A stretch of 64,000 nt of DNA from NCBI GenBank assembly GCA_963823665.1, contig CAWGMQ010000007.1:640001-704000 (forward strand), given 5' to 3'. This document shows positions 51,806 to 62,185 of this stretch, piece by piece. Both the position numbers and the translations under genes were made by a program. The stretch comes from an uncultured Planctomycetota bacterium. GTDB taxonomy: Bacteria; Planctomycetota; Planctomycetia; Isosphaerales; Isosphaeraceae. Positions within the stretch are counted from its first letter, which is position 1. The number at the start of each line of letters is the position of its first letter. The notes below the pieces were generated by a model that saw only the letters and a list, made by a program, of their open reading frames with translations, searched no databases and had not been told where the DNA came from.

Positions 51806-54800
51806 ATGATTGATGCAAGAGCCGAAGCGAAGGCGATCTTTCTCGAAGCCCTGGAATGCAAAGGCGCCGGCGAACTCAGGCAATTTCTCGAACAAGCGTG
51901 TGGGACTGACCGGAGCTTGCGCGGGCGTGTCGAGGAGCTGCTGCGGGCTCATCAGGACGCGGGCGCTTTCCTGGGCGGGGCCGAACGGCAAGACGCGACA
52001 CAAGACCAGCCTGGTGCCGGACGGATCGGCACGACGATCGGCCCCTACAAGCTGCTGGAGCAGATCGGCGAGGGGGGCTTCGGGCTGGTATTCATGGCCG
52101 AGCAGCAGCAGCCCGTCCGCCGCAAGGTGGCCCTCAAGATCCTCAAGCCGGGCATGGACACCCGGCAAGTGATCGCCCGCTTCGAGGCCGAGCGCCAGGC
52201 GCTGGCACTCATGGACCATCCCAACATCGCCAGGGTGCTCGATGCCGGTGAGACCGGCTCGGGCCGCCCTCACTTCGTCATGGAGCTGGTCAAGGGCGTG
52301 CCGATCACCGACTACTGCGATCAGAACCGCCTGACCACGCGAGAGCGGTTGGTGCTGTTCACGCACGTCTGCCATGCCGTGCAGCATGCCCACCACAAGG
52401 GCATCATTCACCGGGACTTGAAACCCTCGAACGTCATGGTGACGCTGCACGACGCAGTTCCGGTCGTGAAGGTGATCGACTTCGGCATCGCCAAGGCACT
52501 GGGGCAGCAGCTCACGGACAAGACGCTCTTCACCGGCTTCGCGCAGTTGGTCGGCACGCCGATGTACATGAGCCCCGAGCAGGCCCAGTTGAGCGGCCTC
52601 GACATCGACACGCGCAGCGACGTCTACTCGCTGGGCGTGCTCCTGTACGAGCTGCTCGCGGGGGTCACGCCTTTTGACACGGAACGGCTGCGCACTGCGG
52701 GCTACGACGAAATGCGGCGGATCATCCGCGAAGAGGATCCGCCCGGCCCGAGCACCCGCCTGAGCACGCTGGGCCAGACAGCGGTGACAATTTCGGCCGA
52801 ACGGCAGAGCGATCCGAAGCAGCTTTGCCGCATGTTGCGTCGCGAGTTGGACTGGATTGTGATGAAGGCGATCGAGAAGGACCGCACGCGGCGCTACGAG
52901 ACAGCCAACGAGCTGGCTCGAGACGTCGATCGTTACCTGAAAGACGAGCCGGTTCTGGCCTGCCCGCCCTCGGCCTCGTATCGCTTCCGCAAGTTCATGC
53001 GGCGGCACAAGGCGGGGCTGCGAATCGCCGCGGCGGCTGCCCTGATGTTGCTACTGGCGGGCGCCGGTGTGACCTGGGCGCTCCTGGACCAGGCAGCGCG
53101 AAGCAGAGAACTGTCCAGTCGCAGGGCCGAGACGGAACAAACCGTGAGCGCGGTGCTGGTCACGACCGAGCAGTTGCGGAAGCAGGCTGCCGAGGCGCCG
53201 AGCGCGACGAGCCAGGAGGCAGACGCCGCCCTGGCGCTCTGGCGCCAGGCCGAAGCGACGCTCGACCAGGCGGACACCGCCTTGAGGACCGGAACCGCCG
53301 ACGCTCGTCTACATCAGCTTGTGCAGGACGAACGGCGGCAGACCGGACAGCAACGGTCACAGGCGCAGCGGACGGCAAAGCTGCTGCGCGACCTGGATGA
53401 CGCTCGCATGACGCGATCGAGCTGGCTGGATGACGCTCGCATGTCGCGATCGACGAGCTGGCTCGAAACCCATTTCGACGATGCCGGCGCGGTCACGAAG
53501 TATGCCGCGGCGTGCGCGGCCTACGGATTGGAGATGACGCCGGGACGAACCGAGGAGCTGGCGCGGCGCATCCGCGCGGAACAACCCGCCATCCGCGAGG
53601 CCCTGATCGTGGCACTGGACAATTGGCACGCCAGTGCCCTGGTGGTGCAGGAATTGGAGCCGGCGAAGATGGTGGCGGCAATCGCGACGGCGGCAGATGA
53701 CGATCCGTGGCGGCAGCAGTTTCGGGTCGCGGCCCTTGCCAGGGACGCCACTGCCCTACGGGCCTTGAGCGGCCAAGCACGGCGGCTTTCCCTGCCACCT
53801 TCCAGTCTCGTGATGCTGTCCTCGCATCTTTTTCTCCAAGGCGACGTGGACGAAGCCCTGGCCCTGCTGCGCTGGGCGCACGGCCGTCACGTGACGGATT
53901 TTTGGATCCATTTTCTTCTGGGACGTGTCCTCTATGATGTCAAGGCCCCATCCCCGGCGATCGTGGAAGAAACAATCGGCTGTTGTCGAACAGCCTTGGC
54001 GCTACGTCCGGCTACCGGCGCTGCCCGCGTCAGCCTCGGCCTCGCACTGCGAGGCAAGGGCCAGTTGGACGAGGCCATCGCCGAATACAAAAAGGCCATC
54101 GAGCTCGATCCCAAGCTCGCGACCGCCCACGACAGCCTCGGCCACGCGCTGGTGGCCCAGAACCGACCGGACGAGGCCATCGCCGAATACAGGAAGGCCA
54201 TCGAAGTCGACCCCAAGTTCGTAACTGCCCACAATAACCTCGGCTATGAATTGCAAGTCAAGGGGCAGTTGGACGAGGCCATCGCCGAATTCAGGAAGGC
54301 CATCGAAGTCGACCCCAAGTTCGCACACGCCCACCACAACCTCGGCCACGCACTGTTGGGCAAGGGCCAGTTGGAAGAGGCCATCCGTGAATGCAAGAAG
54401 TCCATCGAGCTCGATCCCAAGCAGGGAATTTTCTACATGTTGCTCGGCATTTGCATGCACGCCAAGAACCAGTTGGACGACGCCATCGCCCTGCACCACA
54501 AGGCCATCGAACTCGACCCCATGGAAGCACATGCCCACCTTCACCTCGCCAACGCACTGTGGTCCAATAACCAGTTGGAAGAGGGCATCGGCGAATTCAA
54601 AAAGGCCATCGAACTGGGCCCCAAGCTCGCACATACCCACCTTCACCTCGGCAACGCACTGTGGTCCAAGAACCAGTTGGAAGAGGGCATCGGCGAATTC
54701 AAAAAGGCCATCGAACTGGACCCCAAGCTCGCATCGGCCCACCTCCTCCTCGGCCACGGACTGTGGTCCAAGAACCAGTTGGACGAGGGCATCACCGAAT

Positions 54801-55492
54801 TCCGCAAGGCCATCGAACTGGACCCCAAGCTCGCATCGGCCCACTACTCCCTCGGCAACGCACTGCTGGCCAAGAACCAGTTGAAAGAGGCCATCGGCGA
54901 ATACAAGAAGACCATCGAACTCGACCCGAAGTTTGCGTCGGCCCAACGGGTAGCGAACCCCGAACGGCTGGCGCGGTCGGCGGCAAAGCTCGCCGGCATT
55001 CTCGAAGGGAAAGCCACGGCCACCGACAACGGCGAGCGGATCGGACTCGCGGAAGTATGCAACCTGACGCGCCGGTACGTCGCCGCCGCCCGGCTGTACG
55101 CCGCCGACGTCACCACCGACCCGATGCCGGCTGACGACCTGAAAGCCGGCTATCGTTATAACGCGGCCTGCTCCGCCGCGATGGCCGCGTTGGGTCTAGG
55201 GACGGACGCCGACAAGCTCGACGACCAGGAGCACCGCCGGCTGCGCCAGCAGGCGCTCGCCTGGCTGCGGGCCGACCTGGGCCAATGGGCCAAACAACTG
55301 AAAGCTGGCAAGCCGGAAGATTGCCAAGTCATGCGGGGCATACTCGAGCACTGGCAGCGCGCCGGGGAGTTGGCCAGTGTTCGTGAGCCGGCATCGCTCG
55401 AAAAGCTGGCGGCCGATGAGGGGGACGCGTGGCGGAAACTGTGGGCCGATGTGGCGGCATTGCTGAAGAAGGCAGGAGACGCCAAGGGATAG
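51806..55492 (+). CDS. Membrane-anchored Ser/Thr kinase with a tandem array of 34-aa TPRs
   Basis: Intact kinase motifs, [21 protein letters not shown], nine [23 protein letters not shown] repeats, YNAAC tail. Confidence 0.94.
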   Translation: MIDARAEAKAIFLEALECKGAGELRQFLEQACGTDRSLRGRVEELLRAHQDAGAFLGGAERQDATQDQPGAGRIGTTIGPYKLLEQIGEGGFGLVFMAEQQQPVRRKVALKILKPGMDTRQVIARFEAERQALALMDHPNIARVLDAGETGSGRPHFVMELVKGVPITDYCDQNRLTTRERLVLFTHVCHAVQHAHHKGIIHRDLKPSNVMVTLHDAVPVVKVIDFGIAKALGQQLTDKTLFTGFAQLVGTPMYMSPEQAQLSGLDIDTRSDVYSLGVLLYELLAGVTPFDTERLRTAGYDEMRRIIREEDPPGPSTRLSTLGQTAVTISAERQSDPKQLCRMLRRELDWIVMKAIEKDRTRRYETANELARDVDRYLKDEPVLACPPSASYRFRKFMRRHKAGLRIAAAAALMLLLAGAGVTWALLDQAARSRELSSRRAETEQTVSAVLVTTEQLRKQAAEAPSATSQEADAALALWRQAEATLDQADTALRTGTADARLHQLVQDERRQTGQQRSQAQRTAKLLRDLDDARMTRSSWLDDARMSRSTSWLETHFDDAGAVTKYAAACAAYGLEMTPGRTEELARRIRAEQPAIREALIVALDNWHASALVVQELEPAKMVAAIATAADDDPWRQQFRVAALARDATALRALSGQARRLSLPPSSLVMLSSHLFLQGDVDEALALLRWAHGRHVTDFWIHFLLGRVLYDVKAPSPAIVEETIGCCRTALALRPATGAARVSLGLALRGKGQLDEAIAEYKKAIELDPKLATAHDSLGHALVAQNRPDEAIAEYRKAIEVDPKFVTAHNNLGYELQVKGQLDEAIAEFRKAIEVDPKFAHAHHNLGHALLGKGQLEEAIRECKKSIELDPKQGIFYMLLGICMHAKNQLDDAIALHHKAIELDPMEAHAHLHLANALWSNNQLEEGIGEFKKAIELGPKLAHTHLHLGNALWSKNQLEEGIGEFKKAIELDPKLASAHLLLGHGLWSKNQLDEGITEFRKAIELDPKLASAHYSLGNALLAKNQLKEAIGEYKKTIELDPKFASAQRVANPERLARSAAKLAGILEGKATATDNGERIGLAEVCNLTRRYVAAARLYAADVTTDPMPADDLKAGYRYNAACSAAMAALGLGTDADKLDDQEHRRLRQQALAWLRADLGQWAKQLKAGKPEDCQVMRGILEHWQRAGELASVREPASLEKLAADEGDAWRKLWADVAALLKKAGDAKG
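54022..54940 (+). repeat. Nine 102-bp TPR-coding tandem repeats
   Basis: Recurrent ccagttggacgaggccatcg...aaggccatcgaactggaccccaag. Confidence 0.88.
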
Positions 55493-55592
55493 CGTTCTGA
55501 CGACGACCTGAACAAGACAACCAAGAAGCGGCCAGTGAGCCGCACCGCCACCCTCGACCTCGATTCCTTTGATTGACTATTCCGAGATTTCC

Positions 55593-55709
55593 TGGCGGGT
55601 TTCGCCGGAAACGGGGCATTGAGTAACGGAACAATTGCTGAAGAAGTTCGGAGACACCAAGGGATAGCGTTCTGACGACAGCCTGAACACGTCAACAAAT
55701 AAAGCGGCC
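55593..55709 (+). pseudogene. Motif B copy 3 fused to a duplicate of a kinase 3' end (deletion scar)
   Basis: Perfect motif B (55593-55630) followed by 55634-55709, which repeats 55459-55533 (LLKK.GD.KG* plus downstream DNA). Confidence 0.75.
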
Positions 55710-55896
55710 GGCGAATCTCTCCGCCAATCAGGATTTTGACCGGATCGGCAAAGCCCTGGCGCTCAGTCTGCGCACGGGGGCGCTCGCTCAATCATTTAAA
55801 CGTACAGAGCGTGACAGAGAAAAATACTCTTTTTTTATCATGCCATCACTCATCATATAATAAATAACTGTGAATATCGAAAATTTTTGCGATGTC

Positions 55897-55957
55897 TATC
55901 GTCGGGGCAGAGGCAAGTCGCGTGATTAGAGGTGTATGGAGCAGAACGATCACGGTG
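55897..55957 (+). promoter_or_regulatory. Motif A copy 3, with a 6-nt insertion in the spacer
   Basis: cgtcggggcag[aggcaa]gtcgcgtgattagaggtgtatgg...tcacggtg; upstream AT-rich tract resembles 32120-32150. Confidence 0.55.
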
Positions 55958-56006
55958 GACGACTCTCATCTGCTCGCATGCGGGATTCCTCAGAAAGAGG
56001 TCGACC

Positions 56007-59000
56007 ATGTCCCTTTCACCCTGGCTTTCCTGGCCCCTTTTTCGCAGCCATTCGCGGCGCGGCCAGCGCCGTAACTCGCCATCGCGGCGGAAAAAGGCCC
56101 GCTTCTCGCTCGAGCCGCTCGAAGCACGGGCGCTGCTGGCGAGCTACACAGCCGCGGGCGTCTCGGACTTGATCGCCGACATCACCGCGGCCAACACGGC
56201 CGGCGCGTCGAACACGATCACGCTAACGGCCGCGACCACCGCGCCCTACGTTCTGACGGCCGTGAATAACACCACGGACGGCGCGACGGGACTGCCGGTC
56301 ATCGCCGCGAATGACAACCTGACCATCGTCGGCAATAGCGACACCGTCGAGCGAAGCACGGCCTCGGGAACGGCGGCATTCCGGCTGCTTGACGTGGCGA
56401 CCGGGGGCTCGCTGGCGCTGCAGAGCTTGACGGTGCAAGGCGGTCTGGCCTTCGGGTCGGGGGTGTCTGCCGAGGGAGGTGCGATTGATAATCAAGGCAA
56501 CCTGACCCTGAGCGATGTGACCGTCGAGAATAATATCGCCCAGGGCGCCAGCGCGTCAACAACCGCTGGCCAAAACGCCGAAGGTGGCGCCATCTACTCC
56601 AGCGGCTTGCTGACGCTGTCGGGCGGCACGACCGTCGAGAACAATCGCGCCCTCGGTGGCAGCGGCACGCCAGCAACATATTCAGCGCTAGCAGCAGGCA
56701 GCGGGTACGGGGGCGCACTTTATGTGGCAAGCTCAACCGTCAATTTGACCAATGTGACCCTGTCCTCCAATACCGCTCAGGGCGGCAACGGCGGCAACGC
56801 GCTCAAGGCATTTAGTAGCCATCCCGGCGCTGCCGGCAATGGCTTCGGGGGCGCGCTTTACGTCGCTGGTGGGACGGTCACACTGACCAGCGATAGCGTC
56901 TCTTTCAATGCGGCTCAAGGCGGCCAGGGCGGCAGTCTTTCCGGCTACGCAGGTAGCAACCAGCCCGGCGGAAGCGGATCCGGTGGCGCACTGTACGCTT
57001 CCGCCGGCACGGTCTACGTGAACAGCTCGACACTGTTCAGCGATTTCGCGCAGGGTGGCAGCGGAGGCGGTCTCGGTAGTTCCGAGGCCGCCGGCGGTAA
57101 TGGATACGGCGGTGCGATTGTGATCGGCAGCGCCGGGGTCAATATGTCTGGCGACACCCTGTCCTCTAATACCGCTGAAGGCGGAAACAGTGGGGCGGGC
57201 GTAAATTACGGCAACCTTGGCAACGGGCTCGGAGGCGGAATTTACCAGTACAATCTCAGCAAACTGGGATCCGTGTTGCTCAACACGACTCTGTCGTCCA
57301 ACACCGCCCAGGGCGGCAGCGCAGTACCCGGTGCAGCTCGCGGAGGAAACGGGCTCGGCGGCGCGATTTACGTCGGCTATGGATCGATCGAACTCGACAT
57401 GAGTGCTGTTTCCTCCAATCTCGCCCAGGGCGGAACTCCGTCCGGTCTGGGTGAGGGCGGGGGCTTGTTCATCGCCGCCGGCGGCGCGACCGTGAAGGGG
57501 AACACCATACAATCCAACTCCGCTACCTCCGCTGGCGGCGGTATCTACGTTCAGGCTTACACCGGCTGGTACGTTTGGGCGGGGGAAGACGGCTTTGGCG
57601 GCACCGCACTGACAGGTAACTGGCTGGCTTGCGCCATCAATGCCAACCAGACGACGATTACTTTGTACGATAACTCGGCGATTGTCCCGGGGACGGTTGT
57701 CATCGGTTCGGAAGCAATGACTGTTACATCGGTTAACAACACCAATTTCGGGGACGGGTCCACTCTAACCGTTGTTCGCGGCGTCGACGGCACAACAGCG
57801 GCGAGCCATGCTGCCGGCGCCAGCGTCTATCCTGCCCTGGGTTTGGATGCATTTACCCTGGCGAATCTTGCCAACAATACCGCCCCCAACGATCCGAACA
57901 TCGACGGGGCGTACACAGAGAGCACTCCGGTCTTGCAGTCGATCGCCGTCACGCCTGCGAACCCGAGTGTACCGAAGGGTGAAACCGAGCAGTTCACCGC
58001 GACAGGAACGTACTCCGACAACTCGACGCAAAACCTGACGAGCCAGGTGACATGGGCCTCCGTCACGCCTTCCGTGGCCACGATCTCGAAAGCGTCGGGA
58101 TCGCAGGGTTTAGCGACCGGCGTGATGTTGGGCACTTCAACGATCAGCGCCAAACTCAATGGCGTTACCAGTTCGACGGTGCTGACAGTGAGCGCGGCGG
58201 TTTTGCAGTCGATCGCCGTCACGCCCGCCGACCCGAGTGTACCGAGCGGTGAAACCGAGCAGTTCACCGCAACAGGAACGTACTCCGACAACTCGACACA
58301 AAACCTGACGAGCCAGGTGACATGGGCCTCCGTCACGCCTTCCGTGGCCACGATCTCGAAAGCGTCGGGATCGCAGGGTTTAGCGACCGGCGTGATGTTG
58401 GGCACTTCAACGATCAGCGCCACACTCAATGGCGTTACCAGTTCGACGGTGCTGACAGTGAGCGCGGCGGTTTTGCAGTCGATCGCCGTCACGCCCGCCG
58501 ACCCGAGTGTACCGAGCGGTGAAACCGAGCAGTTCACCGCAACAGGAACGTACTCCGACAACTCGACACAAAACCTGACGAGCCAGGTGACGTGGGCCTC
58601 GGCCACACCTTCCGTGGCCACGATCTCGAGCGCGTCGGGATCACAGGGCCTGGCGACCGGCGTGGCGATGGGCTCGTGCACAATCAGTGCCACACTCAAT
58701 GGGTTCAATGGCTCGACGGTGCTGACAGTGAGCGCGGCGGTCTTGCGATCGATCGCCGTGTCGCCCGCGAACCCGAGTGTACCGAGCGGTGAAACCGAGC
58801 AGTTCACGGCGACGGGCACGTATTCCGACAACTCGACACAGAACCTGACGAGCCAAGTCACATGGGCCTCGGCCAGGACCTGGGTGGCCACGATCTCGAA
58901 CGCCTCGGGATCGCAGGGCTTGGCAACCGGCGTGGCGACGGACCCTTCGACGATCAGCGCCACACTCAATGGCGTTACCGGCTCGTCGGTCCTGACTGTG

Positions 59001-61278
59001 AGCGCGCCGGTGTTGCAGTCGATCGGGTTCTCGCCCGCCAACCCGAGTGTACCGAGCGGTGAAACCGAGCAGCTCACCGCGACGGGAACGTACTCCGATA
59101 ACTCGACACAGAACCTGACAAGCCAGGTCACATGGGCCTCGGCCACGCCTTCCGTGGCCACGATCTCGAACGCCTCGGGCTCGCACGGCTTGGCGACCGG
59201 CGTGGCGATGGGCCCTTCGACGATCAGCGCCACACTCAATGGGGTTACCGGCTCGACCGTGTTAACTGTGAGTGCGGGGGTCTTGCAGTCGATCGCCGTC
59301 TCGCCCGCCAACCCGAGTGTACCCGACGGTGAGACCGAGCAGTTCACCGCGACGGGAACGTACTCCGACAACTCGACGCAAATCCTGACGAGCGAGGTCA
59401 CGTGGGCCTCCGACACGACCCCGGTGGCCACGATCTCGAGCGCGTCGGGGACGCAGGGCTTGGCGACCGGCGTGGCGATGGGCCCGTGCATGATCAGCGC
59501 CACACTCAATGGGGTCACCGGCTCGACGGTGCTGACTGTGAGCGCGCCGGTCTTGCAGTCGATCGCTGTCTCGCCCGCGAACCCGAGTGTACCCAAAGGC
59601 GAAACCGAGCAGTTCACCGCGACGGGAACGTACTCCGACAATTTCACGCAGAACCTGACAAGCCAGGTCACCTGGGTCTCCGCCACGACCTCGGTGGCGA
59701 CGATCTCGAGCGCGTCCGGGACGCAGGGCTTAGCGACCGGCGTGGCGATGGGCCCGTGCACGATCAGCGCCACACTCAATGGGGTCACCGGCTCGACGGT
59801 GCTGACTGTGAGCGCGCCGGTCTTGCAGTCGATCGCCGTCTCGCCCGCGAACCCGAGTGTACCCAGAGGTGAAACCGAGCAATGCACCGCGACGGGAACG
59901 TACTCCGACAACTCGACGCAGAACCTGACAAACCAGGTCACGTGGGCCTCCGCCACGACCTCGGTGGCCACGATCTCCAGCGCGTCCGGAACCCAGGGCC
60001 TGGCCACAGCGGCGGCGGCGGGCACTTCCACGATCAGCGCCACACTCAATGGTGTTGCCGGCTCGTCGGTCCTGACGGTGAGCGCGGCAGTCTTGCAATC
60101 GATAGCCGTCTCGCCCGCGAGCCCGAGTGTCCCAAAAGGTGGAGACCGACCAGTTCACGGCGACGGGAACGTACTCCGACAACTCGACGCAGAACCTGAC
60201 AAGCCAGGTTACGTGGGCCTCGGCCACGACATCGGTGGCCACGGTCTCGAACGGCTCGGGAACGCAGGGTTTGGCGGCCGGCGTGGCGATGGGCCCGTGC
60301 ACGATCAGCGCCACGCTCAATGGCGTTGCCGGCTCGTCGGTCCTGACGGTGAGCGCAGCAGTCTTGCAATCGATATCCGTCACGCCCGCGAGCCCGAGTG
60401 TCCCCAAAGGTGAGACCGACCAGTTCACAGCGACGGGAACGTACTCCGACAACTCGACACAGAACCTCACAAGCCAGGTCACGTGGGCCTCCGCCACGAC
60501 CTCGGTGGCCACGATCTCCCGCGCGTCGGGAACGCAGGGCCTGGCCACAGCGGCAGCGCCGGGCACATCCACGATCAGCGCCACACTCAATGGTGTTGCC
60601 GGCTCGTCGGTCCTGACTGTGAGCGCCGCGGTCTTGGAGTCGATCGCGGTCTCGCCCGCCAACCCGAGTGTACCCAAAGGTGAAACCGATCAGTTCACCG
60701 CGACAGGCACGTACTCCGACAACTCGACGCAGAACCTCACAAGCCAGGTGACGTGGGCCTCGGCCACGACCTCGGTGGCCACGGTCACGCCGGTGGGTCT
60801 GGCGACTGGAGTCGCAACCGGCATCACGGTCATCGACGGCACGTTCGATGGGATTATCGGAAAAACCGCACTGACAGTGACCCGGCCGGTCGTGCCCGCG
60901 GTGGTTAGCTTGGCCAGCGTCCTCCCGATGTTTAACAAAAAGCATCTGGTGACGGAGATCGTTGTCACGTTCAGCGGCGCCGTCAACGCGGGCGAAGCTC
61001 AACAAACCGAACTTTACCGCCTGGCCACCCCTGGCAAGCACGGGTCGTTCACCGCCAAGAATGCCGGCATCATCAAGCTCCGCTCAGCCGTCTACAGCGC
61101 GGCGGATGACACGGTGACACTCACGCCGAAGAAGGCGTTCGCCCTGTCAAAACCGGTCCAGCTCCAGATCAACGGCAAACCTCCGTCCGGCCTGCAGAAC
61201 AGCTTCGGCCGGTTCATCAACGGGGGGAACAATCCGGTGGCCGTGCTCGCCAAAAGCGGGGTGACCATCAGCCCATGA
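56007..61278 (+). CDS. Secreted protein: Gly-rich beta-helix, 11 Big_2 (Lig-like) Ig domains and basic C-terminal domain; frameshift at 60141
   Basis: ARFSLEPLEARALLA; LQSIAVTPANPSVPKGETEQFTATGTYSDNSTQNLT repeats; extra G at 60141 against sister repeats; AGAGG SD. Confidence 0.88.
57930..60885 (+). repeat. Eleven 270-bp tandem repeats encoding Big_2 domains
   Basis: 270-nt periodicity from 57930; last unit shorter. Confidence 0.92.
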
Positions 61279-61535
61279 TCGGTGGACCGTGAACGGCATC
61301 GAGCCATCCAGCTCCGGCGATCTATCCGCGCACCGGGCCAAGCTGCTTATTTCACGCGGATCGGTTCTATCCTAGAAAGGAGCCGGATGTTACAATGCCT
61401 GATCACTTCCTTGATTGTGGAAAGGACCAGGCGCGTCAACAGGCGAGACGCACCGGCCGGGCAACGGTCTCGGGCTCGGCTACCCGGGTGTTGGGAGAGG
61501 TTGGTCCGAAGCCTTTCGCCCTTCCGGTCTCCTCA

Positions 61536-62111
61536 ATGAGCGATGTCACCCGCATCCTGTCCGCAATCGAGCAGGGCGACCCCCTCGCATCCGAAAGGCT
61601 CTTGCCGCTCGTCTACGACGAGCTGCGAAAGCTGGCGGCGGCCAAGCTGGCCCAAGAAAAGCCGGGCCACACACTCCAGGCCACGGCCCTGGTTCATGAG
61701 GTCTACGTCCGGCTTGTCGATGTGCACAAAGCCCAGGAATGGGACGGTCGAGGCCATTTCTTTGCCGCCGCCGCCGAGGCGATGCGGCGGATTCTCATCA
61801 ATCGCGCACGTGACAAGAAGCGTGCGAAACGAGGCGGTGAACGCCACCGCGTCGATCTCGACCAGATCGAAATCGCCCTGGACACCAATGACGAAGAGCT
61901 GGTCGCCCTCGATGATGCGCTCACCCAGTTTGCCGAGGAGGATCCCGACGCCGCCCGGCTCGTGAACCTGAGATTCTTCGCGGGGCTCACCCTGCGCGAT
62001 GCCGCCGTCTGCCTCGGGCTTTCCCAGCGGACTGCAGAGCGTCAATGGTCTTATGCTCGCGCCTGGCTTTATGCCCGTCTCAGTCACGACGCCGGCCTGA
62101 GCGCGGATTGA
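61536..62111 (+). CDS. ECF sigma factor, ECF43/TIGR02999 type (paralog of 47579-48154)
   Basis: Same 191-aa length; TLQATALVHE; C-terminal half nearly identical to the paralog. Confidence 0.93.
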   Translation: MSDVTRILSAIEQGDPLASERLLPLVYDELRKLAAAKLAQEKPGHTLQATALVHEVYVRLVDVHKAQEWDGRGHFFAAAAEAMRRILINRARDKKRAKRGGERHRVDLDQIEIALDTNDEELVALDDALTQFAEEDPDAARLVNLRFFAGLTLRDAAVCLGLSQRTAERQWSYARAWLYARLSHDAGLSAD

Positions 62112-62128
62112 AGCTCCGTGGATTGCTT

Positions 62129-62166
62129 TGGCGGGTTTCGCCGGAAACGGGGCATTGAGTAACGGA
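62129..62166 (+). promoter_or_regulatory. Motif B copy 4
   Basis: Perfect consensus; 19 nt before the kinase ATG. Confidence 0.7.
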
Positions 62167-62185
62167 CCACGAATGGGGACCGTTG

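Noticed and set aside
8980..60141. Programmed frameshifting at the 11 or more frame breaks
   Set aside because: No consistent slippery site; at 33720 and 60141 sister repeats show plain 1-nt indels, best explained as sequencing errors
32890..60885. CRISPR-like arrays in the tandem repeats
   Set aside because: Units are 102 or 270 nt, in-frame protein domain repeats with no unique spacers and no cas genes
48172..62166. Motif B as IS/MITE ends or attC-like sites
   Set aside because: All copies are co-oriented at a fixed distance from start codons, with no target duplications and no transposase or integrase; a promoter fits better
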